Part shown: piece by piece, positions 9,848 to 19,818 of the stretch
Layout of the letters: each line of letters begins with the position of its first letter
Position numbering within the stretch: position 1 is the stretch's first letter
Assembly (NCBI GenBank): GCA_963555985.3
Contig: OY820591.1
Span: 3,081,413 to 3,145,412 of the forward strand
Reading direction: 5' to 3'
From: Dehalococcoidia bacterium
Lineage (GTDB): Bacteria > Chloroflexota > Dehalococcoidia > Bin125
DNA length: 64,000 bases
Notes under the pieces: model-generated
Told to the model about the DNA's origin: nothing
What the model saw: the letters and a program-made list of their open reading frames with translations, nothing else
The model's database searches: none
Program-made: the position numbers and the translations under genes

Positions 9848-10816
9848 ATGGCTTCAATCGAAGCAATGACCACTGCCGCGACCGCCTTCGTCGCCAGTCT
9901 TGACGATCAGCAGCGCGCCAAGACCGTCTACGACTACCTCGATGGCGAGCGCATCTTCTGGTACTACCCGCCCACCAACCGCCACGGGCTGCCGCTGCGC
10001 GACATGACCGCATCCCAGCGCGAACTCGCCTACGAACTCATGCGCGCCGGACTCTCGGAACGAGCCGCGCGTCAGGCCGAGCAGATCATTGACCTCGAAA
10101 TCATCCTCGGCGAGATCGAGACCGGCGCGGGCATCAAGACCTTCGTGCGCGACCCGGAGCTCTACTACTGGACCATCTTCGGCGACCCCGCCGGTACCGA
10201 CACGCCCTGGGGTTGGCGCGTCGAGGGGCATCACATCTCGCTCAACTACAGCCTCTGGGATAACCAACTGCTCTCGATCACCCCGTTCTTCTTCGGCTCC
10301 AACCCGGCCGAAGTGCGGCACGGGCCGCAGCAGGGACTGCGCATCCTCGATCAGCGCGAAGACCTCGCCTACGAGCTGATGCGCGCGCTCGACGGGGAAC
10401 AAGCCGAGCAAGCCACCATCTATCCCGAAGCGCCCTGGGACATCCTCACCTTCAACGCCTCCCGCGCCGTCTTGCCCGCCTACCAGGGACTCCCGGCCGC
10501 CGAGATGGACGCCGATCAGCAGGCATTGCTGCGCCGCCTGGTTGATCTCTACGTCGATCAGGCCGCGCCCGAACTCGCCGCCGACCGCCGCGCCAAGATC
10601 GCCGCCGCCGGCTTCGATGGTATGCACTGGGCCTGGGCCGGACCCGTCGCCGACGGCGAGCCGCATTACTATCGGATTCACGGCGGCGATTTCGTCGTCG
10701 AATTCGACAACCGCCAGAACGGCGCCAACCACATCCACTCAGTCTGGCGCGATGTGGAGAACGACTTCGCCAACGACGTCCTCGGCGAGCACCTGCTCCT
10801 CTACCACGTGCTCTAG
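9848..10816 (+). CDS. DUF3500 domain protein
   Basis: WGWRVEGHHISLN, TPFFFGSNPA, NHIHSVWRD. Confidence 0.88.
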   Translation: MASIEAMTTAATAFVASLDDQQRAKTVYDYLDGERIFWYYPPTNRHGLPLRDMTASQRELAYELMRAGLSERAARQAEQIIDLEIILGEIETGAGIKTFVRDPELYYWTIFGDPAGTDTPWGWRVEGHHISLNYSLWDNQLLSITPFFFGSNPAEVRHGPQQGLRILDQREDLAYELMRALDGEQAEQATIYPEAPWDILTFNASRAVLPAYQGLPAAEMDADQQALLRRLVDLYVDQAAPELAADRRAKIAAAGFDGMHWAWAGPVADGEPHYYRIHGGDFVVEFDNRQNGANHIHSVWRDVENDFANDVLGEHLLLYHVL

Positions 10817-10825
10817 CCGCTCATG

Positions 10826-10920
10826 CCGTCATACCCGCGCTTGCCGCGGGCATTTCGCCGCGTTCTGCACCCTCGTCGCCAGCACATCGAGATTGCCGCG
10901 GCGGAGCGCGGCAATGACGG
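10826..10920. repeat. REP-like family A composite palindrome (ccgtcatacccgcg..cgcggg ... ccgcgg..cgcggcaatgacgg)
   Basis: Near match to 63126-63243; half copies at 27833, 30101, 41906 (rev), 45329, 45415, 53790 (rev), 55261, 56420 (rev), 58198. Confidence 0.85.
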
Positions 10921-10948
10921 AGATAGACATCCTGGAGGGAAGTAGGGA

Positions 10949-11290
10949 ATGTTCCACTACGAACGCGAGAGCCGAACCCCCCACTCGGAGTGCTACCTGA
11001 TCGAAAATGAGACGGGCAGCCGCGCCCGCGTCGACCTCCACTTCGCGCCGCCGCTGGTCTACGCCACCCTCTGCGTGCCCGAAGCCTGGGCCGAAGAGGA
11101 CATCCAGGACGTGATCGTGGACATTGACGATCGGCTCGCCAGCACCGCCGAGCCACTCCGCGAAGACCTGATCGTCACGGTCTGGCGCGGAGTCGAAGTC
11201 GGCGTCTATTCACAGGAAGAACCCGGAGAGCGCGACGGCGCGGCGTCGGACGGCCTCTCCGCCGATGCGTTGGGAGTCTTGAATGGCTGA
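10949..11290 (+). CDS. Hypothetical protein
   Basis: Coding-like codon bias; overlaps the next gene in an operon arrangement. Confidence 0.75.
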   Translation: MFHYERESRTPHSECYLIENETGSRARVDLHFAPPLVYATLCVPEAWAEEDIQDVIVDIDDRLASTAEPLREDLIVTVWRGVEVGVYSQEEPGERDGAASDGLSADALGVLNG

Positions 11291-11702
11291 CGAGGCGACA
11301 CCGGGCGTTGAGAACGAGCGCGAAGTCGCCGACGCGCTCTCACTCCTGTTCGACGGACACGTCGATCAGATGATGCCGCCGGAGGAGATCGGCGAGTTCC
11401 ACGACTTCATCCGCGAAGAGGCGCTGATGCGCCGACGCTTCGCCGTCTCCTTTCGGCTCGAATGCCGCTGTCTCGCCTGGATCGGCTACTCGCTCGCCAA
11501 CGTCGTCACCCACGAGGACGGAATCGAGTTCAACGCCCGCCCAATGCAGACCTACGTCCCCGATCACGAACCCGACGTCGAACACCCCGAAGGCGCCACC
11601 GAAGACCCGCCCGAACAGTTCCTCGAATGGCCGATCTGGCCGCTCGAGATCTACCAGGACGAGCTGGAAGAGGAAGAAGACGAAGACTGGGACGAGGAAT
11701 GA
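11283..11702 (+). CDS. Acidic hypothetical protein
   Basis: Coding bias; coupled to neighbours; CRC motif and E/D-rich tail. Confidence 0.75.
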   Translation: MADEATPGVENEREVADALSLLFDGHVDQMMPPEEIGEFHDFIREEALMRRRFAVSFRLECRCLAWIGYSLANVVTHEDGIEFNARPMQTYVPDHEPDVEHPEGATEDPPEQFLEWPIWPLEIYQDELEEEEDEDWDEE

Positions 11703-12430
11703 GCGCAGCCAACAGCCGCTTCGCCGCTGTCTTCTTCGACTTGGACGGTACCCTCGTCAGCGAACGGATCGGCGTCCGCGAAGCCCGAACCGCCGTCGCT
11801 GCGCGCATGATCGAACTCGGCGTCTGGGATCGCCCTGCCGACGCCTTCGCCGATCTGGTCGAAGCCACAATCCAGGACATCCTCCACGACAACGACTGGC
11901 ACTGGCCGCCTTGGCTCAGCTCGGAAGAGTGGCTGCGGCGCACCCTGGCCGCCGGAGAAGTCGAGCTCTACGGCGACGAACTGACCGAGCTGAGCCGGCT
12001 CTACCGCAAGCAGCGCATCGCCCGCGCCGCCGCGATCGCCGGCTGGCAGGCAGCGTTGGAGGCCGCCCGAGCGCACGGCCCAATCGGCGTGATCACCAAC
12101 TTCTCCGACGGCGAGATGCAGCGCGACAAGATCGCCTCCGCCGGCCTGGCCGGACAGTTCGACGGCGTCTTCATCTCCGGCGAAGTCGGCATCGCCAAGC
12201 CCGAACCGGGCATCTTCGAGCACGCCTGCCAAGCGTTCGGCGTGCCAATGAGCGATTGCGTCCACATCGGCAACTCCGTCATCTCCGACGTCGACGGCGC
12301 CCTCGCCGCCGGCATGACCGCCGTCCTGGTCGAAGAGGACGATCGCGAACGTCCCCAAGACCTCAACGGAGAGGTCGTCTGGTGCGAGGATCTATACGCG
12401 GTAGCGGGGTGGCTCGGGGTTGAGGGGTGA
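11699..12430 (+). CDS. HAD-family hydrolase
   Basis: FFDLDGTL, ITN, KPEPGIF, HIGNSVISDVDGA; ATGA overlap with upstream gene. Confidence 0.9.
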   Translation: MSAANSRFAAVFFDLDGTLVSERIGVREARTAVAARMIELGVWDRPADAFADLVEATIQDILHDNDWHWPPWLSSEEWLRRTLAAGEVELYGDELTELSRLYRKQRIARAAAIAGWQAALEAARAHGPIGVITNFSDGEMQRDKIASAGLAGQFDGVFISGEVGIAKPEPGIFEHACQAFGVPMSDCVHIGNSVISDVDGALAAGMTAVLVEEDDRERPQDLNGEVVWCEDLYAVAGWLGVEG

Positions 12431-12768
12431 GCGAAGATCGTCCGCGGCCGTGGGAGGGCCTCACGATTAGCGAGAGCGGGCTGCAAAAGATCAACCAGCG
12501 AGGCTACACCCTTGATGATGCAGAGGCCGTGCATGAACGCGATCCGTTCTGGGCCTGGCAAGAAGAAGGCGAGTACGTGGACGGGAGTGGCCACCTGGTC
12601 CGAACAAAGCCGCGCTGGCGCATGGTCGGTCGCGGGCCAAGAGGCGTGATCTTGTCGGTGGTCATTGAATTGCCAGGGGCAAGCGGAACATCGGAGGTGG
12701 TATCGATCTTCGAGGCGTCGGCTCAGGATCAGGTTCGCTACGCTCTGTGGAGAAGGAGAAGGCGATGA
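12427..12768 (+). CDS. BrnT-like (RelE superfamily) toxin
   Basis: KINQRGYTLDDAEAV..RWRMVGR..ILSVV..VVSIFEAS..RY layout resembles BrnT; coupled to a downstream acidic ORF. Confidence 0.6.
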   Translation: MSEDRPRPWEGLTISESGLQKINQRGYTLDDAEAVHERDPFWAWQEEGEYVDGSGHLVRTKPRWRMVGRGPRGVILSVVIELPGASGTSEVVSIFEASAQDQVRYALWRRRRR

Positions 12769-13079
12769 CGGACTCTAGGCAAGCGTGGCTTGAGTCCCTC
12801 GATCCTCGCGTGCGTGCGGATGTTGAAGCTGAAATCGCGTTCTATGAAAACCCGGACAACTACGAACTAGTCGATTTCGATGACGATTGGGAACCGCCCA
12901 AAGAAGGCGGTATGGGACTGACAGTTGAGTTCAGCAGCGAGGAGATCAGAACGCTCTCGAAGGCATTCGGAGCGTCGGTGGAGATGTTCGAGATCATGCA
13001 CGACACGCTCATGGAGCGAGCGCAGGTAATCCTGGCCGAGCGCGGCGATCCCGAGTCCGAGACCGTCGCGGCGGACTGA
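12765..13079 (+). CDS. Putative cognate antitoxin
   Basis: ATGA overlap with the toxin; acidic; EAEIAFYE and LTVEFSSEEIRTL (RHH-like) segments. Confidence 0.55.
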   Translation: MTDSRQAWLESLDPRVRADVEAEIAFYENPDNYELVDFDDDWEPPKEGGMGLTVEFSSEEIRTLSKAFGASVEMFEIMHDTLMERAQVILAERGDPESETVAAD

Positions 13080-13092
13080 TCGCCGACCCGGC

Positions 13093-14460
13093 TTACTGCC
13101 CTTCGATGATCTCGACGAGACCGCGGCTAAAGCTTTGGGCGTCTCCCTCGCCGGCGATTAGGGCATTGAGCGCGATCGCGAACGGATCGTCGGGACCGAG
13201 CGCTTGCACGAACGACTGCGCAATCTGGATCAACGCGGCCGAGGTGAGCAGGCGGGTTTCCAACTGGATGTTGCGGCCCAGACCGGCGAAAGCGTCGATC
13301 GAGAACGCCTCTCCCCACGCCTTGCGCAGCGCCATCACGGTCAGGTAGGACTGCGTCTGCGGAGCATCGGTGATAGAGAACGCGAGCTCGCCGCTGAGCA
13401 GTGCGGAGAGCACGGGGAAGCCGAGTCCGACCGTGCCGAGGACGGGCGCTTCGTCGGAGACGACTGATTGCATCGACTCCAAGGCCAAGAGCGCCGTGTT
13501 CGCGTTGAGCGTGAGGATGGCCCCGACCTGGTGCTCGGCCAGGGCGGCAGCGATCGTGGCTGGGCGATCCGGCTCGTCGCTGATGTTGAGCGTATGCACG
13601 TCGCCCGTCCAGGCCGAGGCCAAGCCCTCGCAGCGCTCGGTCAGGCCGATGTTGACGGTTTCGTGAATGATGCAGAGCAGATCGCCTTCCACGCCCAGGT
13701 CGGCGAATGCGCGCGCGGCGGCGCGTCCCAACCCCGGTTCGTCCAGCGAGATGTGAGTGGAGATGCCGCGCACGAGGCTGCCGGAATTGAACGTGATCAC
13801 GGCCACGCCCGCTTTCGAGGCTTCCTGGAGCGCCGGCACGACGGCCTCGGGATCGGCGATCGTGCTGGCGATGGCTTCCGCGCCGTCGGCGACGCATTGA
13901 CGGATGGCGGCGGCCTGCTCGGGTCCGGTTTCGTTCATCGAGCCGCGCAGCCGCACGCCGAGCTGCTGCGCCGCAGTCAGTGCGCCGTTGTAGGCCGTCT
14001 GCCAGAAGAAGTCGTCCGGCGTGCCGTGCGTGACGAAGCAGAACAGCGTGTCGGGAGCGTGCTGTTCGGGCGAGGTGGAGGGCGTGTGGAAGCGGTAAGG
14101 GCCGAGCTCGCCGATGCCTGGATGAACCGCCGCAGCCGACGCAGAACCCACACCGACCGCGCTGCTGCTGTGCCACACATCGAGCTCGCGCTCCGCCGGC
14201 AGGAATCGGCGATCGGGAGTAGCCGTCATCCACTCCCCGGCCGCGTCGCGCGACTGCACCGACACTTCAATCCGCTCGTCCGCCCGCTCGCGCACGAGCA
14301 CCCGAACCTGCGTCGTCCCGTCCGCATCTTCGGAGCGGGCGCTCTCCATCGGCAGCAAACCGGACAGCAGCACAGCGGCGACAGCCGCCGCCGTGAGCAC
14401 GAAGCCAACGGCAATGCCCGCGAAGAAGCTGCGGCGCGGTAGACGAGCGTGCGGAGTCAT
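13093..14460 (-). CDS. Sugar-type substrate-binding protein with N-terminal membrane anchor and extra uncharacterised module
   Basis: VTHGTPDDFFW, VITFNSG, LCIIHETVNIGLTERCEG, DAPQTQSYL. Confidence 0.85.
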   Translation of the reverse strand: MTPHARLPRRSFFAGIAVGFVLTAAAVAAVLLSGLLPMESARSEDADGTTQVRVLVRERADERIEVSVQSRDAAGEWMTATPDRRFLPAERELDVWHSSSAVGVGSASAAAVHPGIGELGPYRFHTPSTSPEQHAPDTLFCFVTHGTPDDFFWQTAYNGALTAAQQLGVRLRGSMNETGPEQAAAIRQCVADGAEAIASTIADPEAVVPALQEASKAGVAVITFNSGSLVRGISTHISLDEPGLGRAAARAFADLGVEGDLLCIIHETVNIGLTERCEGLASAWTGDVHTLNISDEPDRPATIAAALAEHQVGAILTLNANTALLALESMQSVVSDEAPVLGTVGLGFPVLSALLSGELAFSITDAPQTQSYLTVMALRKAWGEAFSIDAFAGLGRNIQLETRLLTSAALIQIAQSFVQALGPDDPFAIALNALIAGEGDAQSFSRGLVEIIEGQ

Positions 14461-14565
14461 ATCGAGCCTCAGGCAATCCGGCGGACTGGGACGGCCTCGC
14501 AACGAACGGCGACCGCGCAGTCAACGCCGGATCAGAATAAGGCCAAGCATCGCCCGCGACGGCGC

Positions 14566-15873
14566 CTACTTGTTCGGATCGTGCCGCTCGATCGCCGCCT
14601 CCAGTGCCGCGATATAGGTCGGCAGCACCTCCCGGAACTGCCCGCTGAGGCGCGTCAGAATCGCGTCCACGTCCTTTTTCAGCACGACCTGCGGAGCGAG
14701 CGCGATGTCTCTTGTGCCGGAGATCAGGCCGTCGTCGTTGAAGGGCAAGCCGTGGACGAGCAGCATCAAGGGCACGATGAGGTGTCCCTGACTCTGGGGT
14801 TGATCCCAGATGCTGAAGGCGACCACGCCGTGGTAGAGGAGAGCGGGCAGGTCGGGGAAGCTGGAGCCGATCGCGCCGAGCACGATGTCGTCGCGGCCGG
14901 CGAGCGCTTCGGCGGCGAGGAAAGTGGTGTTGGCGTTCAGAGTGAGCACTCCCGCGTGGCCTGTGGCGGCGGCGCGGATCGCAGCGATTTTGTCGGCCTC
15001 AGCCGAGATGTTGTAGACCTCAACTGCGCCGTCGTGATCGGCTTCGAGCGCGGCGCAACGTTCCTCCAGCCCGATGTTGGCGCGTTCGTGAATGACGCAG
15101 AGCAGGCTGCCGTCCACGTTCAGGCTGGCGAACTGTTCGGCTGCGATCTGGCCGGCGCGAGTTTCGTCGATGGCGAGATGCATCACCGAGCGAACGCTGG
15201 GCGCGTCGTAGCGGCCGGAATTGAAGGTCACGATTCGGGTCGGGTTACCGTCGGCCAGGGCGAGCGCGGGGCGGAGCGTCTCGATGTCGGCCAGGGTCGT
15301 GGCGACTACGGCTGCATCGTCTTCAATGCACTCGCGAATCGCGTCGGCTTGGTCGCCGCTTTCTTCGTGCAGCGACGCGCGCAGTTGGATACCGAGTTGG
15401 AGCGCTGAGGTAGAGGCGGCGTCGTAGACGACGCGCCAGAAGAGATCGTCTTCCGTACCGTGGGTCACCAGGCAGAAGAGCGTGTCGGGAGTGACCGGGC
15501 GGGTGGCGGTCAGACCCTCGCGGTAGCTGAAGGGTCCGAGTTGGTGGGGCTGCTGGAAGCGATTGATGGGGGCGTCGCGCAGCAGGGACAAGGAGAGCGG
15601 GCTGCTCGCGCGCCAGACGCCCGGTTCGCTGTCGGCGGCGAGGAAGCGGGCTGCGGGCAATTCGCGCTCGCCCCAGCCGGCGTCGGAGCGCTGCTGGAGT
15701 CCGACTTCGACTCGCCCGTCTTCCAGCGGTCGGGCGACCACGCGGACGTCGCCATCGTCGCTATTGGCAGCCCAGAGCACGCCGAGCGTGACCGCACCGA
15801 TCAGGATGCCGGCGCAGACCAGCAGAAGTGAATGGATGCCGCGGGGGGGGGGAGAAAACGAAGAGCGAGACAT
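14566..15873 (-). CDS. Sugar-type substrate-binding protein, tandem paralog with the same N-terminal module
   Basis: VTHGTEDDLFW, VTFNSG, LCVIHERANIGLEERC, DQPQSQGHL. Confidence 0.85.
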   Translation of the reverse strand: MSRSSFSPPPRGIHSLLLVCAGILIGAVTLGVLWAANSDDGDVRVVARPLEDGRVEVGLQQRSDAGWGERELPAARFLAADSEPGVWRASSPLSLSLLRDAPINRFQQPHQLGPFSYREGLTATRPVTPDTLFCLVTHGTEDDLFWRVVYDAASTSALQLGIQLRASLHEESGDQADAIRECIEDDAAVVATTLADIETLRPALALADGNPTRIVTFNSGRYDAPSVRSVMHLAIDETRAGQIAAEQFASLNVDGSLLCVIHERANIGLEERCAALEADHDGAVEVYNISAEADKIAAIRAAATGHAGVLTLNANTTFLAAEALAGRDDIVLGAIGSSFPDLPALLYHGVVAFSIWDQPQSQGHLIVPLMLLVHGLPFNDDGLISGTRDIALAPQVVLKKDVDAILTRLSGQFREVLPTYIAALEAAIERHDPNK

Positions 15874-16018
15874 GCTTGGGATCCTTGCGGGGTGGGCGGC
15901 TACCAGAAACGTTGCGAACGCCGCGCGGATGCTAACCCGCCACTACAGCGAAACTGCTCGACGAACGATACAGATTTTCTTCATTCAGCGCAGGTTGAAT
16001 TCCAGTTGCGGGCGTCGG

Positions 16019-16975
16019 TCAGGATTTGCGCGCGACGGCGCGTTTGGACGCTGCGACGACCGCTTCGGCGGTCAGACCGTACTGATCCAGCAGCGCCCCC
16101 CACGGACCCGACTGGCCGAACGTGTCGTGGACGCCGACCTGTTCCATCGGCGCGGGGCAATGCAGCGCGAGCGTCCGCGCGACCCCCGATCCCAGCCCGC
16201 CGATCACGTTGTGCTCCTCGGCGCAGACGATCGCGCCGGTCTCTTGCGCAGCGTGGAGAATGGCGTCCTCATCCAGGGGCTTGAGCGTGGCCAGATTCAG
16301 AACCCGCGCCTCGATCCCCTCCTCAGCCAGCGCATCAGCCGCGCGCAGCGTCGGTTCGAGCATCAGCCCGCACGCGATCAGCGTCACGTCCGCACCGTCG
16401 CGGAGTTGGTCAGCCTTGCCCAACTCAAAGCGCGCGCCCTCCGTGTAGACGACGGGCAGCTTGGGCCGCCCGACGCGGATGTACCAGGGCTGCTCGTCTT
16501 CGGCAGCAGCCAGTAGCGCCGAGCGCGCTTCTACTACGTCCGCAGGCACAACCACGTTCATGCCGGGCAGCGAGGTCATCAGCGCCAAGTCTTCGATCGC
16601 CTGCGCCGACGCGCCGTCCTCACCCACCGAAACGCCCCCGTGCGAGGCGACCAGCTTGACGTTCATCCGCTGCTGCGCGATCTGAACGCGAATCTGGTCG
16701 AAGCAGTGGCCGGGCATGAAGACCGCAAAGGAGGCCGCGTAGACGGTCTTGCCGGTCGCCGCCAGTCCGGCCGCGATGCTGATCATGTTGGCTTCCGCAG
16801 CGCCGACCGTGAACCAGCGCTCAGGGAACTCGGAGGCCAGCTTGTTGCCGCCGGTGGAGGCGGAGAGATCGGCGTCCAGTGCGACGATGTCCTTGCCCGC
16901 GCGGGCGAGTTCGAGCAGGGTTGGCCCGTAGGCTTCGCGGGTTGCGGCGGGCGGCTGGACGGCTTGAGTGGTCAT
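16019..16975 (-). CDS. Transketolase, C-terminal subunit
   Basis: ATREAYG, LDADL, SHGGVSVGEDGASAQAIEDLA, EEHNVIGGLG. Confidence 0.93.
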   Translation of the reverse strand: MTTQAVQPPAATREAYGPTLLELARAGKDIVALDADLSASTGGNKLASEFPERWFTVGAAEANMISIAAGLAATGKTVYAASFAVFMPGHCFDQIRVQIAQQRMNVKLVASHGGVSVGEDGASAQAIEDLALMTSLPGMNVVVPADVVEARSALLAAAEDEQPWYIRVGRPKLPVVYTEGARFELGKADQLRDGADVTLIACGLMLEPTLRAADALAEEGIEARVLNLATLKPLDEDAILHAAQETGAIVCAEEHNVIGGLGSGVARTLALHCPAPMEQVGVHDTFGQSGPWGALLDQYGLTAEAVVAASKRAVARKS

Positions 16976-17862
16976 CAGGCGCTCCCCCTGCCGGCATGGT
17001 GATTCGCGCTGCGCTTGAGGCCAGCCGCGATCTCCGTAAGCGCTTGCTCAAGCTGTTCGTCCGACGGCCCCTTGCCATGCCAAGCCGCCGGATTGCTCGC
17101 CATAAAGGAGACGCCCTTGCCCTTGACCGTCTCCGCGATCACGACCTGCGGCGCGCCAACGGTGTCGCGGGCGGTCGTGAGCGCCTCGCAGACCGCCGAA
17201 ACATCATGCCCGTCCACATCATGCACGCCCCAACCGAACGCAGCCCACTTCTCGGCTACCGGATCCAGGCGCATGATCTCGTCACCGGGGCCGTCGTTCT
17301 GGAAATGATTGCGATCGACCACAGCTGTGATCCGGTCCAGGCCGAAGTGAGTGGCCGACATCGCCGCTTCCCAGTTCTGACCCTCGTTCAGTTCCCCGTC
17401 GCCGAGCACGCAGAAGACGTTCGCGTCAGTCCCGTTGAGGCGATGGCCCAGCGCCAGACCGACGGAGAACGACAGCCCCATGCCCAGCGCCCCGCCCGAC
17501 ATCTCCACGCCGGCCGGTCGCCCCCGCACCACGTGTCCCTGCAAGGGGCTGCCGAGGCTGCGGAAGCCGGACAGCAGCTCCGGCTCGAAGTAACCGGCCT
17601 CAGCCAGGGTCGCGTAGACCACCGGCGTCGCGTGGCCTTTGCTGAGGATGATCCGGTCGCGTTCGGGCCAATCGGGATGCTGCGGATCGTGCCTGGCCAC
17701 GCCGCCGAAATAGAGGGCTGCGAAAATCTCCACCGCCGAGAGCGAACCGCCCGGATGCCCGGACTGGGCGGCATGAGTCATCGAGACGATGTGGGCGCGA
17801 ACGCGCTTGCAAATCTCTTCGAGTTGCGCGTGGTCGCTGACGGGCGCTGGGGAGTCGGCCAT
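16975..17862 (-). CDS. Transketolase, N-terminal (TPP-binding) subunit
   Basis: SGHPGGSLS, DRIILSKGH, LGDGELNEGQNWEA, TVKGKGVSFM. Confidence 0.95.
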   Translation of the reverse strand: MADSPAPVSDHAQLEEICKRVRAHIVSMTHAAQSGHPGGSLSAVEIFAALYFGGVARHDPQHPDWPERDRIILSKGHATPVVYATLAEAGYFEPELLSGFRSLGSPLQGHVVRGRPAGVEMSGGALGMGLSFSVGLALGHRLNGTDANVFCVLGDGELNEGQNWEAAMSATHFGLDRITAVVDRNHFQNDGPGDEIMRLDPVAEKWAAFGWGVHDVDGHDVSAVCEALTTARDTVGAPQVVIAETVKGKGVSFMASNPAAWHGKGPSDEQLEQALTEIAAGLKRSANHHAGRGSA

Positions 17863-17944
17863 GGGCGAGCAGGTTCCGGGGCTGTGAAAACGGGTGCGGA
17901 ATTTATGCTAGTGGCGCACACTGACTGCGGATAGGCGAAGATCG

Positions 17945-18514
17945 TTGCGGTTGTTTACTGAAGCCATATTGCCCGCAGCGGCGTTATCGGAAGCCGCTCA
18001 AGCGAGCGAAGACTTGCGGCGCGAGTTGGGCGCGACGGCGGACGCCGTGCGCTGGGTGCGTCCCGAGGCGGTGCATCTCACCCTGCGCTTCCTGGGTGAG
18101 ATCGACGAACAGCGAACGCCCGCAATTCGGGCCGCCATGACCCAAGCTGCGTCGGCGACGGGGCCGATCTCGCTACAAGTGAGCAGCCCCGGCGTCTTCG
18201 GAGGCCGGCGTCCGCGCGTGCTCTGGGTCGGGCTCGACGGAGAGCTGGATCGTCTGAACCGCTTGGCCGAACGACTGGACGAAGCGCTGACCGACGCCGG
18301 GTTCGAGCCCAGACAAGGCGCGTTTCGCCCCCATGTCACGCTGGGCCGGGTCCGGCGCGGCGCCTCCCGCAGCGAGCTCGCCCAGATCGCCAGGACGGTG
18401 GCGAACGCGCCGCCGCTCGAGGCCGAGACGGTCGTGACCGGAATCGGACTGGTGCAGTCTCAATTGACGCCGACAGGCGCGAACTACCGCCGCCTGGCAG
18501 TGCTGGAGTTGTAG
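17945..18514 (+). CDS. thpR: RNA 2',3'-cyclic phosphodiesterase (2H phosphoesterase)
   Basis: Two HxT motifs: HLTLRFLG and FRPHVTLGR. Confidence 0.9.
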   Translation: MRLFTEAILPAAALSEAAQASEDLRRELGATADAVRWVRPEAVHLTLRFLGEIDEQRTPAIRAAMTQAASATGPISLQVSSPGVFGGRRPRVLWVGLDGELDRLNRLAERLDEALTDAGFEPRQGAFRPHVTLGRVRRGASRSELAQIARTVANAPPLEAETVVTGIGLVQSQLTPTGANYRRLAVLEL

Positions 18515-18550
18515 GATGGAATTGGCTCGTACAGATAGAGGGAGGCGGCG

Positions 18551-18808
18551 ATGCAGAGCAGCTTGATCTCGAAGATCGAGAAGGCCCGGATCTACGCCGA
18601 GCAAGCCGATCGATTTCATCTCACCGCGTTGTCTTGCGAGGTGCGCGGGGACTCGACCACTCACATCGTGACGTTGGGCGAGGACGGCTGGGGTTGTGAT
18701 TGCTTCTTTTTCCAGGACGCGGGCACCTGCTCGCACGTGATGGCGATTGAGCGCCACTTCGAGCGCTATCTGCCTGAGATCTACCGCCCGGTCGTGGTCA
18801 GCGCCTAA
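18551..18808 (+). CDS. Small SWIM zinc-finger protein
   Basis: CDC..CSH motif; GGAGG RBS. Confidence 0.8.
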   Translation: MQSSLISKIEKARIYAEQADRFHLTALSCEVRGDSTTHIVTLGEDGWGCDCFFFQDAGTCSHVMAIERHFERYLPEIYRPVVVSA

Positions 18809-18810
18809 GC

Positions 18811-19818
18811 TCAGCGGCGCCGGTTCCAGGCCTCGGCGCGCTGATTGAAGATCTCCGCATCGGCGCGCCATTCGGGATAGCCGATCTGTCCGTTGTCGGT
18901 AAGCCAGTCAATCCGTTCGTCGATGCAGGAGCGAAGCGCATCCGCGCCGGCGGGGAGCACGAAGCCGCCCCGTTCGACCGCAGGATCGAGCGCGGTCACC
19001 AGGAAACGTCCGTCTGAAACGTAGGCTGCATCGCTGTTCCCGATCTCACCGCGAGCGAATGCGTCGATCCGGCCCTCGGCGAGCGCATTGAGATACGCCT
19101 CCTCGTCAGTACCGAGATAGAGCACCTGAGGACTGCTGTCGTCGGCCGGCAGCAGGCGGGTGCGTTCGGCCAGCAGCGCAGACTGTTCAGCGGCGTCAAT
19201 CCGGTAACGCTCGCTGCCGTCCGCGACGATTTGGCCATCGGCAGTGTCGATCCGAACACCGGCCCTGAGCACTCCTTCATCGTCGGCCAACCCGCTCAGC
19301 TGGAGGAGACGGGCTTCGCCGGTCGTACCCCGCACAGCGCCCACGCGGTGTTGCGCGTTGAGGTCGTCGTGACTACGGATCCGTTCGGCGTCCTCAGCGC
19401 GAATCAGTAAGGACTGGCGAAAGCTGATATGTCCGCTCGTGAAGGCGACGACAGTGCGGCCGGAGGCGTCGCGAGTGCGGCTCTCGAGGATCGTGATCCC
19501 TCCCCCAGCCATGTCATAGTCGGGTCCCGCAGGCGCGAGCCAGATCCCAGGCCAGACATCGATCGGAATGCGCTCGAAGCCAAGCCGGGTATGCTCCATC
19601 GCTTCGAGCGCCGTCAACAAATCCGCCTCGTAGCCGAGATGACGCTGATAGCCGGCGGCGTTCGGGTCGCTCTCGGCGCTGTAGCTGACCGGCTCGAAGG
19701 ACGCGAAGAACCCATAGCGGAGGAGCGTCTCTTCATCCGCGCAGGGGCGCGGGTCCTGAGCGCCGCAGGCAACGAAGACGAAGAGCGCAGCGCCGCAGAG
19801 CAAGCTGAAGCGGATCAC
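18811..19818 (-). CDS. Amino-acid-type substrate-binding lipoprotein
   Basis: GTG overlapping the fabF stop; FVAC lipobox; FEPVSY, GYEADLL, GGITILESR, VGAVRGTTGE. Confidence 0.8.
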   Translation of the reverse strand: MIRFSLLCGAALFVFVACGAQDPRPCADEETLLRYGFFASFEPVSYSAESDPNAAGYQRHLGYEADLLTALEAMEHTRLGFERIPIDVWPGIWLAPAGPDYDMAGGGITILESRTRDASGRTVVAFTSGHISFRQSLLIRAEDAERIRSHDDLNAQHRVGAVRGTTGEARLLQLSGLADDEGVLRAGVRIDTADGQIVADGSERYRIDAAEQSALLAERTRLLPADDSSPQVLYLGTDEEAYLNALAEGRIDAFARGEIGNSDAAYVSDGRFLVTALDPAVERGGFVLPAGADALRSCIDERIDWLTDNGQIGYPEWRADAEIFNQRAEAWNRRR

